Shown here piece after piece: positions 1-8,604 of a DNA stretch of 46,553 nt. Within the stretch, counting starts at the first letter, position 1; the number at the start of each line of letters is the position of its first letter. The DNA is taken from sequence record MK372342; one strand, given 5' to 3'. Source of the DNA: Escherichia phage vB_EcoS_IME542. The position numbers and the translations under genes are program-made. Below the pieces are notes generated by a model. It had not been told where the DNA came from, did not search any database, and saw only the letters and a list, made by a program, of their open reading frames with translations.

Positions 1-434
1 GCATCAGATGAGACCTGAGCACCAATAGCAGTAATTTCTCCAAATTGTGTGTTAACTCGGCTTACATCACTTGAAAATTTATCCTGATCAAAATCCTTAA
101 AAACATCAACTGCTGTTGCGACCTCTGATTCCATTGATTGATAGTAACGGAGAGTTTCAGCAACATCCTGAGCTAAACCCTGAACGGTAATTCCATCGTG
201 AGCAAGAATCGCGTAACCAGTTCCGGCAGGAACGGTATCAGAATTGGGGTTATAAACATTAATCTGAGTATCACTGATAATTTCAGAGATGGTGTAAATT
301 TGTACTGGTTCAGTTTTAAATACGATGGTTGCACCAACTCTAATCAGTGTAAGGGGCGCCTTCCATGTTGTCCCTACGCCAGTCACCTCGCCATTAGCGG
401 CCAGAGACGCTGTTCCTAAGTCATAAATTGCCAT
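1..434 (-). CDS. lateral tail fiber / tailspike, N-terminal part (start codon at 434..432; ORF runs off the window at position 1 and continues in frame at 46553)
   Basis: Hand translation of minus strand from ATG 434: MAIYDLGTASLAANGEVTGVGTTWKAPLTLIRVGATIVFKTEPVQIYTISE..., no stop to position 1; GGAG RBS 10 nt upstream; not in ORF track because it has no stop in window. Confidence 0.7.
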   Translation of the reverse strand, partial: MAIYDLGTASLAANGEVTGVGTTWKAPLTLIRVGATIVFKTEPVQIYTISEIISDTQINVYNPNSDTVPAGTGYAILAHDGITVQGLAQDVAETLRYYQSMESEVATAVDVFKDFDQDKFSSDVSRVNTQFGEITAIGAQVSSD

Positions 435-458
435 TGTGTAAAGTCTCCATTTGTAAAA

Positions 459-473
459 TAGCACTAATTGCTA
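459..473. promoter_or_regulatory. stand-alone copy of palindromic box TAGCA-CTAAT-TGCTA, just downstream of a minus-strand extended -10 (TGcTACAAT, 488..480) for the tail fiber gene
   Basis: Perfect inverted repeat read directly; same box occurs at 15 other intergenic sites. Confidence 0.5.
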
Positions 474-498
474 ATTTGGATTGTAGCATCTTTAAGGC

Positions 499-524
499 AT
501 AAAAAAACCTCCCGAAGGAGGTTA
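499..524 (-). terminator. rho-independent terminator after primase gene
   Basis: Minus strand reads AACCTCC-TTCG-GGAGGTT followed by TTTTTTT; overlaps stop codon. Confidence 0.7.
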
Positions 525-1445
525 ACTATTCAATAAATCACTCGCTTTATATATCTTCTTCCTGATACCGCTCTTGAATGAGTATTCATCATTTGGTATT
601 ACCACGTCAACGTTCCTGTCATCCGCAACGCAAAGCAATTCCCTATCAAGCTTGCATGCCACTCTCAGCTTGTAGTTTCTAAGCGCATAAGCAACCATCT
701 CCATGTTGTAGCTAGAGTGGCAAACAAGCACACAGCGTTTGCCAGTAGCAAGATGAACGCGAACACCATCAATCCAATTATCGACCAGATAAGCGTACTC
801 ATCATCTTTAAAGGTGCCAATAACAGCAATAGACTGGCGAGTATAATCTTTTGCAGCATAACTAACACCCCCTTCTTCATTGATAAACATTACATTGCAC
901 ATTTCTTCTGATATGCCGTCACTATAAGCCATAAAGCACGGCACTGCGTGTATTAGTTCGCCTGATTTTGTCCTGCCAGCATCAAAACCAAACTCGCTAT
1001 AAATACCCTCGTATATGCTGAGTGGAGTAGATTCTACTCTCTCAGTCCTTTCCATTATCTCCAGGCATCTTTCGTGATCAATCTGTGCGCCCATTTTGTA
1101 GAGCTGGGTTCTTGATGCTTGCTTGTTTGCTTTAACTATAACCTCAATTGGTGTTAAGTTCAGCCAGTCACCAAGCAAATTTACTGAATCGGCGAAGGAC
1201 GATCCAGTGCACTTCATGACCCATCCTATACCGGAGTCACTTCCGCATTTCGAACAAACTGCCGCGCCATTTCCTTTTTCACTGCCTATTTCGTCGGTAA
1301 ATCTGAATCTGTCAGTGCCAAAGCAGTATGGGCATGGTCCGTGCTTCTTACTTAGGTGTCTATCATTCCAACCAAGTTCCTTTGCATAAAATGATTTCCA
1401 CAATCCGGCCATCTTAGGTATAACTTCATTCTTATCGTAATTCAT
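522..1445 (-). CDS. DNA primase (zinc-ribbon, phage/plasmid primase type)
   Basis: N-terminal CPYCFGTDRFRF...CSKCG zinc-ribbon motif typical of P4/T7-type primase Zn-binding domains; 307 aa. Confidence 0.6.
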   Translation of the reverse strand: MNYDKNEVIPKMAGLWKSFYAKELGWNDRHLSKKHGPCPYCFGTDRFRFTDEIGSEKGNGAAVCSKCGSDSGIGWVMKCTGSSFADSVNLLGDWLNLTPIEVIVKANKQASRTQLYKMGAQIDHERCLEIMERTERVESTPLSIYEGIYSEFGFDAGRTKSGELIHAVPCFMAYSDGISEEMCNVMFINEEGGVSYAAKDYTRQSIAVIGTFKDDEYAYLVDNWIDGVRVHLATGKRCVLVCHSSYNMEMVAYALRNYKLRVACKLDRELLCVADDRNVDVVIPNDEYSFKSGIRKKIYKASDLLNS

Positions 1446-1921
1446 TTGCTTAACCCGTGATTTTCGTGAAAGTTGTATTTTCTCTCTGCTTCAATTCTTA
1501 CTTTATACGCCTGCTCTGGAGTATCGAAGTTCCCAAGGTGTAGATGCTTGCCGTCAACCTTGATGTGAGCCTTAAATTTTCCGTGATTTAGCTTTGCCAC
1601 TCCACAATAACCATTTGTTGATAAAACGCTAAGCTTGCAATTTCTTGAGTTACCTTGATTTGTTGTTACTCTTAGGTTTTCTATTCTGTTATCTAATTTG
1701 TTATGGTTTATATGATCAATGTAGTCGCCATTTTGAAGCTCTCCATTAAACATCTCCCACACAACTCTATGTACATAAGTCCTAAAGCCATTAACAGACA
1801 CTTTGTAATAGCCAGATGTAGATAGTGAGTTGCACTCATCGCCAACCTTAACACGTCTTGCAGTGCTAATCTTCCAATGCAATTTGCCATCTACATAGTA
1901 AAAATAATCATGCCAGTTCAT
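1442..1921 (-). CDS. HNH homing endonuclease (HNH + AP2-like C-terminus), paralog 1 of 5
   Basis: MNWHDYFYY...DHINHNKLDNRIENLRV HNH motif; shares N- and C-terminal motifs with ORFs at 20312, 32960, 42296, 43536. Confidence 0.85.
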   Translation of the reverse strand: MNWHDYFYYVDGKLHWKISTARRVKVGDECNSLSTSGYYKVSVNGFRTYVHRVVWEMFNGELQNGDYIDHINHNKLDNRIENLRVTTNQGNSRNCKLSVLSTNGYCGVAKLNHGKFKAHIKVDGKHLHLGNFDTPEQAYKVRIEAERKYNFHENHGLSK

Positions 1922-1936
1922 TTTCTTCTCTCCAAT

Positions 1937-1966
1937 AAAAAAGGATGTACCGATTATGGCACATCC
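1937..1966 (-). terminator. terminator hairpin after HTH gene whose loop carries an extended -10-like TGcCATAAT for the downstream HNH gene
   Basis: Minus strand: GGATGT-gccataatcggt-ACATCC then TTTTTTATT. Confidence 0.5.
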
Positions 1967-1972
1967 AATTCC

Positions 1973-2446
1973 TTACTCTTTAGCTTTTCGTGCTGCTTCG
2001 TTGGCGGCTTTAATTTTTCGCCACGAACGACACTCTGGCTTAGTGGCCAGTTCAGCCTCTGTAACCACGCGCAGCATGTGACGCTTTTTGCAGCGCAGAG
2101 TTAGCGGCTTGCCATTGCCGTCGAATTGCAGGTCTGGTCGGCAGAATGTGGCTCGAAAGCCTTCTCCATTTCGCTTGTAGTAGTTGTGTGAAAGCTGAGC
2201 TCCACGTGCCGATATCATTCCGCGCTTAAACCATTCTTCTACAGCCTGCGGTGTCACCTTTAGCTGCTTTGCGATATTCGCCTTTGTGCCGAAGAAATCA
2301 AGAACAATCTCCAGTCGCGCGCGTAGCCCGGCTCTTACTTCATCTTTTAAAACGTAGTAACCCGATGGTCGTTTTCGTTGTTTTTTGTCTTCAGTGCGGA
2401 CAGTTCCGTTATTGCCGTTAATGGTTCGCTTATCAACTGCATTCAT
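1973..2446 (-). CDS. HTH DNA-binding protein (candidate transcription regulator)
   Basis: 157 aa, basic; helix-turn-helix-like segment ANIAKQLKVTPQAVEEWFKRG; GAGGTGA RBS. Confidence 0.45.
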   Translation of the reverse strand: MNAVDKRTINGNNGTVRTEDKKQRKRPSGYYVLKDEVRAGLRARLEIVLDFFGTKANIAKQLKVTPQAVEEWFKRGMISARGAQLSHNYYKRNGEGFRATFCRPDLQFDGNGKPLTLRCKKRHMLRVVTEAELATKPECRSWRKIKAANEAARKAKE

Positions 2447-2459
2447 TTAATCACCTCAA

Positions 2460-2501
2460 TAGCATTTTTTGTTAAACAATAGGTTCGATAATTGCTATTA
2501 T
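2460..2501 (+). promoter_or_regulatory. promoter for helicase operon: degenerate TAGCA box plus extended -10 TGcTATTAT (2493..2501); overlaps a divergent minus-strand -10
   Basis: TAGCAttttttGTTAA then TGCTATTAT read directly; divergent intergenic region 2447..2542. Confidence 0.5.
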
Positions 2502-2542
2502 ACAGCAATGCAACGAACTAACAAACAGCTAGGATATTTAAA

Positions 2543-4537
2543 ATGCTTCCAGTAGAGCGCTTAGTAGCCAACTTTGATCAAGAGAAGATTAAGCAGATTC
2601 AGAAGGATTATCAGTTTGGAGAAATCACGCCATACCCATTCCAGTGCGTGACATTCGACCAAATAGGTAAGCACATCGCTAAGTACGAAGCGCCATTCAT
2701 AGCAGACCTGTCGGTATCGGCAGGTAAGACAATCATTCTTGCCATGATTGGTAAACGCATGGAGCAGCTTGGCCTTCCTTACATGGTGCTTTCTCGCCAG
2801 TCAGAAATCATCAGCCAGAATGCTGAAGAACTCCGTAACTTCGGTATCCGTAATAGCGTATATTGCGCTGGCCTTAACGTTAAATCTGTTTACTACCCAA
2901 CTATAGTGGCAAGTGAAGGAACGGCGGCAAACGGCTTGTTCAAGGGGCTTGGTGACTATGTTCCGGCAGTTATCGCTATTGATGAGTGTCACATGCTAAA
3001 TCATATGGATATTGTCGAAGCCGAAGAGAACGAGGAAACGTTTGAGCAGATGAGCACCGCAAAAGGTGAGATGGTTTTCAAGGATGGTGAATACACGGGG
3101 TTAACTGGTACAGGTCGTTCGCAATACACTTTAATCATTACAGAGATGAAACGCCGTTGCCGTGAGAAATACAAGCGAGAACTACGTATCTTTGGTCTCA
3201 CTGGTAGCCCATACCGTGATAACAATCATATCGTGGTAAGTAATCCTAACATTCGAGGATTTTGGCGTAAGACGGTTATGCAGGTTCCAACCAATTACCT
3301 GGTGGATTTGGGTTTTGTTGTCCCAACTGTTTACGGTGAGGTTGGTGATTTGGGTTATGATCTTGCTGAATTTGCGCCAGATGGTGATGATGGAATCAAA
3401 GACTTCAGTAAGAAAGAAATGGATGCGATGCAGGAAAAAATTCATCAAAACCAGTCCATGACGCAAAAGATTATGCAGTTCGCAGCCAAGTTTATGGAAA
3501 CTCGTAACGCAGCGCTAGTAACTTGTTCAGGCAAGCGGCATTGCGAGGAGGCAGCCGCGGCGCTTCCTGATGGCGTAACCTGGGCTATAGTAACTGACTC
3601 TACTGGTGAGAAAAAACGTCGTGAGATTCTTTCTGACGCAGCTGAAGGTAAGTATAAATTCATCTTTCAGATTGGTTGTCTCACAACCGGCGTGAACGTC
3701 CCGCCATGGGATACGTCAATAATTCTTCGGAAGGTTGGAAGCATCACGTTATTGATTCAACTTTTGGGGCGAGGTATGCGGATTCTTAAGAAGAAGCATA
3801 AGGAAATGGGAATGGTTAAGGATGATCACGTGGTGCTGGACTTCGCTGGTACTCTTGATGATATGGCAGAATTGTACTTTGACCCAATTATAGAGGAGGT
3901 GCAAGACCAGAAATTCAAGTCTTCTAGTAAAGGTGGTGACGAGCCAAGGGTATGTCCAGCTTGTAGCTATGAGAACTCGCCATTTGCTCGTCGTTGTAAT
4001 AATGTTATCGAAGGTAAAAGGTGTGAGCACTTTTTTCAGTTTCGTACCTGTGATGATATTGAAGACACGCAGACAAAAGTTACTATTAAGAAAGGTTGTG
4101 GTGAGAAGAATGATATTGCTGCTAAAAACTGCCGTTGCTGCGGAGAAATGCTTATTGACCCTAACGCAAAGCTGTCTGGAAAGATGTATCGACAAGGGGA
4201 TTGGTTGAGAGTTTACGGATTCAGTATTGGGTTAACTAAAAACCAAAACGGGATCGTTGCTCGCTATGAAATCATGGCTCACAGCGGTGACAGGTTTGTT
4301 GCTTACGAAACTTTCTTTCCAGAGAGTGATCATCGCGTTTGCTCTGTGAAGTGGAAGGCGTTTTGCCAAACTCACATCGCTAACAAAACAGAAGCATTTC
4401 GCATCGGGAGACTGCGTAATGCAAGAATGATTATGACTAACGCAAGTCAATTTCGTGAGCCTTTGCGGGTGACTCATAGAAAAAATCAGAAAGGTCAGGA
4501 TATCATTGCAAACAAATCTTTTACTATGGAGGATTGA
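2543..4537 (+). CDS. SF2 (DExH-type) helicase with C-terminal zinc-ribbon region
   Basis: Walker A VSAGKT, motif II IDECH, C-terminal CPACSY...CRCCG cysteine pairs; 664 aa. Confidence 0.7.
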   Translation: MLPVERLVANFDQEKIKQIQKDYQFGEITPYPFQCVTFDQIGKHIAKYEAPFIADLSVSAGKTIILAMIGKRMEQLGLPYMVLSRQSEIISQNAEELRNFGIRNSVYCAGLNVKSVYYPTIVASEGTAANGLFKGLGDYVPAVIAIDECHMLNHMDIVEAEENEETFEQMSTAKGEMVFKDGEYTGLTGTGRSQYTLIITEMKRRCREKYKRELRIFGLTGSPYRDNNHIVVSNPNIRGFWRKTVMQVPTNYLVDLGFVVPTVYGEVGDLGYDLAEFAPDGDDGIKDFSKKEMDAMQEKIHQNQSMTQKIMQFAAKFMETRNAALVTCSGKRHCEEAAAALPDGVTWAIVTDSTGEKKRREILSDAAEGKYKFIFQIGCLTTGVNVPPWDTSIILRKVGSITLLIQLLGRGMRILKKKHKEMGMVKDDHVVLDFAGTLDDMAELYFDPIIEEVQDQKFKSSSKGGDEPRVCPACSYENSPFARRCNNVIEGKRCEHFFQFRTCDDIEDTQTKVTIKKGCGEKNDIAAKNCRCCGEMLIDPNAKLSGKMYRQGDWLRVYGFSIGLTKNQNGIVARYEIMAHSGDRFVAYETFFPESDHRVCSVKWKAFCQTHIANKTEAFRIGRLRNARMIMTNASQFREPLRVTHRKNQKGQDIIANKSFTMED

Positions 4538-4773
4538 TTATGAGTGCATTAGCTTTAGCTATAAAGGAAATGATTGAAGAAGACATAAAGAAAAGAAACT
4601 ATGAGACTATAATGTCCGTCTCTGATAATGTTTTTGAACATATACTATATCATGGGGTAACGAGCGAGGATTCCTGTTGTGCAGGTATGGTGTACAATGG
4701 CATTTACCTTAGTGAGCATGAAATAATCTCAGCTTACTTTTCTAGAAATCAAGATGCGGAACCATTATTTTGA
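4534..4773 (+). CDS. hypothetical protein
   Basis: 79 aa ORF, ATGA start/stop overlap with helicase gene. Confidence 0.4.
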   Translation: MIMSALALAIKEMIEEDIKKRNYETIMSVSDNVFEHILYHGVTSEDSCCAGMVYNGIYLSEHEIISAYFSRNQDAEPLF

Positions 4774-5189
4774 AAATCACAGATAAAGAAGATTACATTG
4801 AGTTTTACCCTGGTGCTGTAAAGTCATGCCCAAAGGAGGACGACGAACAGATCTTTTGCTCTGATTGGGTTAAGTATCATTACCCTCAGATTGTTTACTG
4901 GCACACAGTTAATGAAGGGATGAAATCAATTGGGTCAGCAAGGAAGGATGCAGCTAAAGGGCTCCTTAAGGGCGTATCAGACTGCTTATTCCTGATACCT
5001 GAATCACTTCGCGGAAAGTACCCTTTCGGAGCCATAGAGCTAAAGAGGGCTGGCAAAACCCAGGCTAGCACAGTCAGCGACGAACAAAAGTCTTTCCTTA
5101 AAAGCGTAAGAGAATCAGGTGGTTTCTCCGCTGTAGCCTATGGGCGCGAAGGTTTTCTTGCAGCATTCAAAGAAATGATTTCAAAATAG
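4770..5189 (+). CDS. VRR-NUC / PD-(D/E)XK-like nuclease
   Basis: D-x(n)-E-L-K arrangement (DCLFL...GAIELKRAGK); 139 aa; stop TAG lies inside the TAGCA box. Confidence 0.5.
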   Translation: MKITDKEDYIEFYPGAVKSCPKEDDEQIFCSDWVKYHYPQIVYWHTVNEGMKSIGSARKDAAKGLLKGVSDCLFLIPESLRGKYPFGAIELKRAGKTQASTVSDEQKSFLKSVRESGGFSAVAYGREGFLAAFKEMISK

Positions 5190-5247
5190 CACGAATTGCT
5201 AAAGACGAATTGGTGAGTTGGTGTATTATCAACTCATCGAAACGAAA
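5187..5247 (+). promoter_or_regulatory. boxed promoter element: TAGCAcgaatTGCTA, TGTATTAT -10, CATCGAAACGAAA leader
   Basis: Read directly; shares architecture with 14 other copies. Confidence 0.55.
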
Positions 5248-5267
5248 CAAGCAAAGAGAGAAAGAAA

Positions 5268-5462
5268 ATGGCTACTATCTATACTGGCAAAATGTACGAA
5301 TCACGCAAAACTGGTTATGTGTACGAGTTGGTTATCACTGAAGGCGGTTATGTGCTTGATGATAATTGTGGTTACTCATTCGAAGTTAGCCCAACCTACA
5401 AAGATGATTTAGAAACTGTTAAAAACGCATTCGGCGAAAAATTTGATGAGGTATCAGAATAA
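5268..5462 (+). CDS. hypothetical protein
   Basis: 64 aa, purine-rich RBS, downstream of boxed promoter. Confidence 0.5.
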   Translation: MATIYTGKMYESRKTGYVYELVITEGGYVLDDNCGYSFEVSPTYKDDLETVKNAFGEKFDEVSE

Positions 5463-5683
5463 TGGCTATCTTTACTTTTGAAAATCAATGGGAAGTGTTT
5501 AAGTTAATGGCAGTTCATGAGCTAAAGAAATCTGGTTATAACAAAAACCCATGGGACTTAGCACTTTGTCTTGATATGAGCTTTGAAGAAGATTATTTAA
5601 ATACCGATATTGATACATGGCGTGACCGTATAATTGCTGATATCGAAGAAATGAAAAAGGATTGCCTGGAGGATTTTGAGTGA
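5462..5683 (+). CDS. hypothetical acidic protein
   Basis: 73 aa ORF, start overlaps previous stop. Confidence 0.45.
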   Translation: MAIFTFENQWEVFKLMAVHELKKSGYNKNPWDLALCLDMSFEEDYLNTDIDTWRDRIIADIEEMKKDCLEDFE

Positions 5684-5808
5684 TGAAAATAGTAGACAAA
5701 GAGATGTTCGAGATTGCACAGGTTTACGCAAGTGACGCTGTTAAGACTCGATCAGAGTATTGCTGGATGTGCGCTCGAGAATACTTAAAAATGGCTTACG
5801 GCCTATGA
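5683..5808 (+). CDS. hypothetical small protein (41 aa)
   Basis: Hand-translated MKIVDKEMFEIAQVYASDAVKTRSEYCWMCAREYLKMAYGL; GGAGGA RBS; below ORF-track length cutoff. Confidence 0.35.
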   Translation: MKIVDKEMFEIAQVYASDAVKTRSEYCWMCAREYLKMAYGL

Positions 5809-6047
5809 TAGTTGAAACCGGACGCGCCGCTGTATGGGCGCACTGTGGAGAGGCGGGTTTGCAAGATGACATCAAGAAAATATCTAAATACTTCGATATT
5901 CAAGAAATCAGCGTTGTGTACGGCGGTAAATTTTCATATATACAAGATCGTCCAAGGAAATATGTGAGAGTTAAGCCTGGTGTGAGTATTGATGTTAACG
6001 ATTTCCTGAAATCTCAGGGATGCAAATTTAAGATAACGAAGGTTTAA
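5805..6047 (+). CDS. hypothetical protein (ATG 5805 preferred over track TTG 5760)
   Basis: ATGA overlap with preceding small ORF; 80 aa. Confidence 0.45.
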   Translation: MIVETGRAAVWAHCGEAGLQDDIKKISKYFDIQEISVVYGGKFSYIQDRPRKYVRVKPGVSIDVNDFLKSQGCKFKITKV

Positions 6048-6049
6048 AT

Positions 6050-6301
6050 ATGTTAGGTTTAGATTTTCAGCCAGAGCATTACGATTTAGTACATGGGCAA
6101 AGTGGAGCAAAGTTCAGAGCGATACCTATTGCTGACTGGTTTCCTCCTGATTATGTGGATGTGAACGCAAAAACTAAAGACGGAAAGTGGGTGCAGATTT
6201 ACTATTCTCCAGCTTGTGGAAACCTTTGCATGACTGACTTAGATCAGAAATTAGCAATTAGTGCTGAGATGATTGATTATTGGTTAAAAGAGGTTGAATG
6301 A
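6050..6301 (+). CDS. hypothetical protein
   Basis: 83 aa ORF, 2 nt after previous stop. Confidence 0.45.
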   Translation: MLGLDFQPEHYDLVHGQSGAKFRAIPIADWFPPDYVDVNAKTKDGKWVQIYYSPACGNLCMTDLDQKLAISAEMIDYWLKEVE

Positions 6302-6383
6302 GAGCACTAACACTAGTAGCATTAACACCACTGTTTAGCTTTATTATCTTATACTTTATCGTAATGAATTAAGGAACTTAAAA

Positions 6384-7514
6384 ATGGCAACTGCAAAAAT
6401 AACCAACGAACAGCTTCGTGAAGAACTAGCGAGCGGCATGACTAACAAAGCAATAGCAGAGAAGTACGGTATGAATATTCGCAATGTTGAATTGCGTCGT
6501 AGTAAGCTAGCTAAGGCTGGAGATGGGCACGGTAGAGATGTAAGCAACCTTATTCCTCAAGGTTATGCAGTTAAGGGTGTATCAAGTCTTATTGGTGCTG
6601 ATGGTGAGATTAAGCAGCAGTGGGTTAAGTCTGACATCGACAAAGAGAAGCAAGAAGAGATGATGTTTCAGGCTATTGAAGCGCTTACTGATGAATTGCC
6701 GCGCGAGAAGCCTAGAGCATTAAGAGTTGGTTTGTGGGAAGACACTTTAAGTCTTTATCCTGTTTTTGATATGCACATTGGAGCAATGGCGCACCATGCA
6801 GAATGCGGGGAGAATTACAGTACTGAAATCGCAGAGCGTGTCCTTAATGATTATTTTGATTACGCTGTTGCTAAGGCTCCTTGTTCTAAGAAAGCAGTAT
6901 TGCTGATTGGTGGCGACTTCCTCCACTCAGATGGATTGGAAGCTGTTACGCCTACTAGTCATCATGTGCTGGACCAGGATAGCCGATACCATAAGCTTGT
7001 TTACGTAGCGGTTCGAGCGACTCGGCGAGCAATTAGCCGGATGCTTGATAAGCATAAAGAAGTTGAAGTTCAGATTATTCCAGGTAACCACGACCTTTCG
7101 GGTATGATTTGGTTGCGTGCAGCAATGGCGGCATTCTATATGGATGAGCCAAGGGTAAATGTTGATGCTTCACCTGCTGCGTTGCACGTAACTCAGTTTG
7201 GCAAGACGCTTCTTGGATACTGTCATGGTCATGAGCTTCGCAAGCCAGATACTCGCTTATCAACTTTGGCACGTGACCACCGCAAGGCGTTTGGTGAATC
7301 AGAATATGTTTATACCCATTCGGGCCATTATCACCATCAAACGATTACAGAAGGTAACTTGGGTATTGATGAGTCTCATGGTCAGCTTGGTGCGAAAGAT
7401 GCTTACAGCGCAAACGGTGGTTATCGCTCTTATCGCCAGGCGTCTGTAATAATCTACAGCCCTAAATTCGGCGAGATTGGTCGATTCACTTGTCGCCCAG
7501 AAATGTTTAGCTAA
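6384..7514 (+). CDS. calcineurin-like metallophosphoesterase with N-terminal HTH-like domain
   Basis: Motifs DMHIG, GGDFLHSDG, IPGNHDL, GHYHH; N-terminal MTNKAIAEKYGMNIRNVELRRSKL. Confidence 0.6.
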   Translation: MATAKITNEQLREELASGMTNKAIAEKYGMNIRNVELRRSKLAKAGDGHGRDVSNLIPQGYAVKGVSSLIGADGEIKQQWVKSDIDKEKQEEMMFQAIEALTDELPREKPRALRVGLWEDTLSLYPVFDMHIGAMAHHAECGENYSTEIAERVLNDYFDYAVAKAPCSKKAVLLIGGDFLHSDGLEAVTPTSHHVLDQDSRYHKLVYVAVRATRRAISRMLDKHKEVEVQIIPGNHDLSGMIWLRAAMAAFYMDEPRVNVDASPAALHVTQFGKTLLGYCHGHELRKPDTRLSTLARDHRKAFGESEYVYTHSGHYHHQTITEGNLGIDESHGQLGAKDAYSANGGYRSYRQASVIIYSPKFGEIGRFTCRPEMFS

Positions 7515-7572
7515 TAGCACTTTTTGCATAACCAATGCCGTAGAAATGCGGCATAATCACCGCATCGAAACT
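7515..7572 (+). promoter_or_regulatory. boxed promoter element (TAGCActtttTGCAT, hairpin TGCCG/CGGCA, CATAAT, CATCGAAAC)
   Basis: Read directly. Confidence 0.5.
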
Positions 7573-7598
7573 AGATAAACTAAACGAGTAAACACAAA

Positions 7599-7775
7599 AT
7601 GACTAAAATGATTTATTGCACCAAAAACAATTCCAAGACCCTGCCATTTACAGTCAACCAGCCGTACAATGCAGAGTACCAAGGTGACGGATATTACAAG
7701 ATTTACGGCGACGATATGACGTGGATTTTAGCGCCGATTGATGGTTCGTTAGTTGAATTTATTATCGCAGATTAA
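7599..7775 (+). CDS. hypothetical small protein (58 aa)
   Basis: Hand-translated MTKMIYCTKNNSKTLPFTVNQPYNAEYQGDGYYKIYGDDMTWILAPIDGSLVEFIIAD; follows boxed promoter. Confidence 0.4.
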   Translation: MTKMIYCTKNNSKTLPFTVNQPYNAEYQGDGYYKIYGDDMTWILAPIDGSLVEFIIAD

Positions 7776-7797
7776 CACATCAAAAACATAGATTTGC

Positions 7798-7828
7798 AAG
7801 CGGGGGGCCTTTTGGCTCCCCTTTTTTG
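7798..7828 (+). terminator. rho-independent terminator
   Basis: GC-rich hairpin GGGGGGCC-tttt-GGCTCCCC followed by TTTTTTGTG. Confidence 0.6.
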
Positions 7829-7903
7829 TGCTTACAATCCACACTTGCCTACTGTATTATATTTACACTATCTATTGACAAATTAGGATTTAAAGGTGAT
7901 CAC

Positions 7904-8119
7904 GTGAGGGAAGTAATTAACGCCGCTACGGCATCAACAGGTGGGGCGGCTGTAACTGGCGCCGCAACTGGTCAAATGACAATCGCAATAATCAGCCTTA
8001 TAGCTCTTGTTGTTTTCGGGTTGTGGGGAGCTTACTGGAAGTTTAAGGATAGCCAGGCAATCAGGAAGGCGCTGGAGTCAGGAGATTTAAAAAAAGCTAT
8101 CAATATTAGGAGTAAGTAA
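7904..8119 (+). CDS. holin, pinholin-like (GTG start at 7904; ATG at 7976 is an alternative)
   Basis: Gly/Ala-rich weakly hydrophobic segment then TM helix MTIAIISLIALVVFGLWGAYW and charged C-terminus; immediately upstream of SAR endolysin; track start TTG 7826 lies inside the terminator. Confidence 0.55.
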   Translation: MREVINAATASTGGAAVTGAATGQMTIAIISLIALVVFGLWGAYWKFKDSQAIRKALESGDLKKAINIRSK

Positions 8120-8604
8120 TGAAGCAGAAGCTGGCAATTAGTGCAGCGACGGCAGCGGCAATATACATAGCAGCGCCGATTATTGAGCTTGTAGAGGGCG
8201 TTGAGTACAAGCCTTACATGGACATTGCAGGAATCCCTACGGTCTGTGCTGGCATTACTGGCCCTGATGTTGTATGGGGTAAGAGGTACAGTAACAGGGA
8301 GTGCCGGAATCTGCTTGAGAAGCACATTCAGATTCATGGGAAGTATGTTCAGGATGCGGTGACATACCCTATCTCTCCAGAAACAAGAGCGGCATTAATC
8401 AGTTTTAGTTATAACGTTGGCGGCTCTGCAATGAGGAAGTCCACGGCAGTAAGGTTTATTAACCAAGGTAAGATTGAGGAGGGTTGCAAGGCTCTCGGGA
8501 TGTGGAACAAGATAACCAAGAATGGTAAGAAGGTTGTCGTCAAGGGGCTCGTGAACAGGCGCAACGAGGAAATAAAATTATGCTTAAGTGGGGTTGGAAA
8601 ATGA
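8119..8604 (+). CDS. SAR endolysin (T4-lysozyme-like muramidase with N-terminal signal-anchor-release domain)
   Basis: N-terminal hydrophobic ISAATAAAIYIAAPII followed by E-x8-D-x5-T catalytic spacing (ELVEGVEYKPYMDIAGIPT). Confidence 0.8.
   Translation: MKQKLAISAATAAAIYIAAPIIELVEGVEYKPYMDIAGIPTVCAGITGPDVVWGKRYSNRECRNLLEKHIQIHGKYVQDAVTYPISPETRAALISFSYNVGGSAMRKSTAVRFINQGKIEEGCKALGMWNKITKNGKKVVVKGLVNRRNEEIKLCLSGVGK

Noticed and set aside
198-419. Plus-strand 73-aa ORF in the ORF track
   Set aside because: Lies antisense inside the tail-fiber N-terminal coding region, which is a far better gene; no RBS.
665-1389. Track ORFs 665..880 (-), 717..911 (+) and 1123..1389 (+) inside the primase gene
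   Set aside because: Overlap a longer ORF with a recognisable primase motif; no RBS; typical spurious alternate-frame ORFs.
2801-4477. Several antisense or alternate-frame ORFs within the helicase gene (2801..2992, 3001..3225, 3182..3466, 3445..3663, 3749..4195, 3933..4208, 4232..4477)
   Set aside because: All embedded in the 664-aa helicase ORF, which carries clear SF2 motifs; no independent support.
7875-7880. Perfect TTGACA hexamer upstream of the holin gene as a -35 element
   Set aside because: No acceptable -10 hexamer 16-18 nt downstream (GATCAC, TGATCA); kept only as a possibility.
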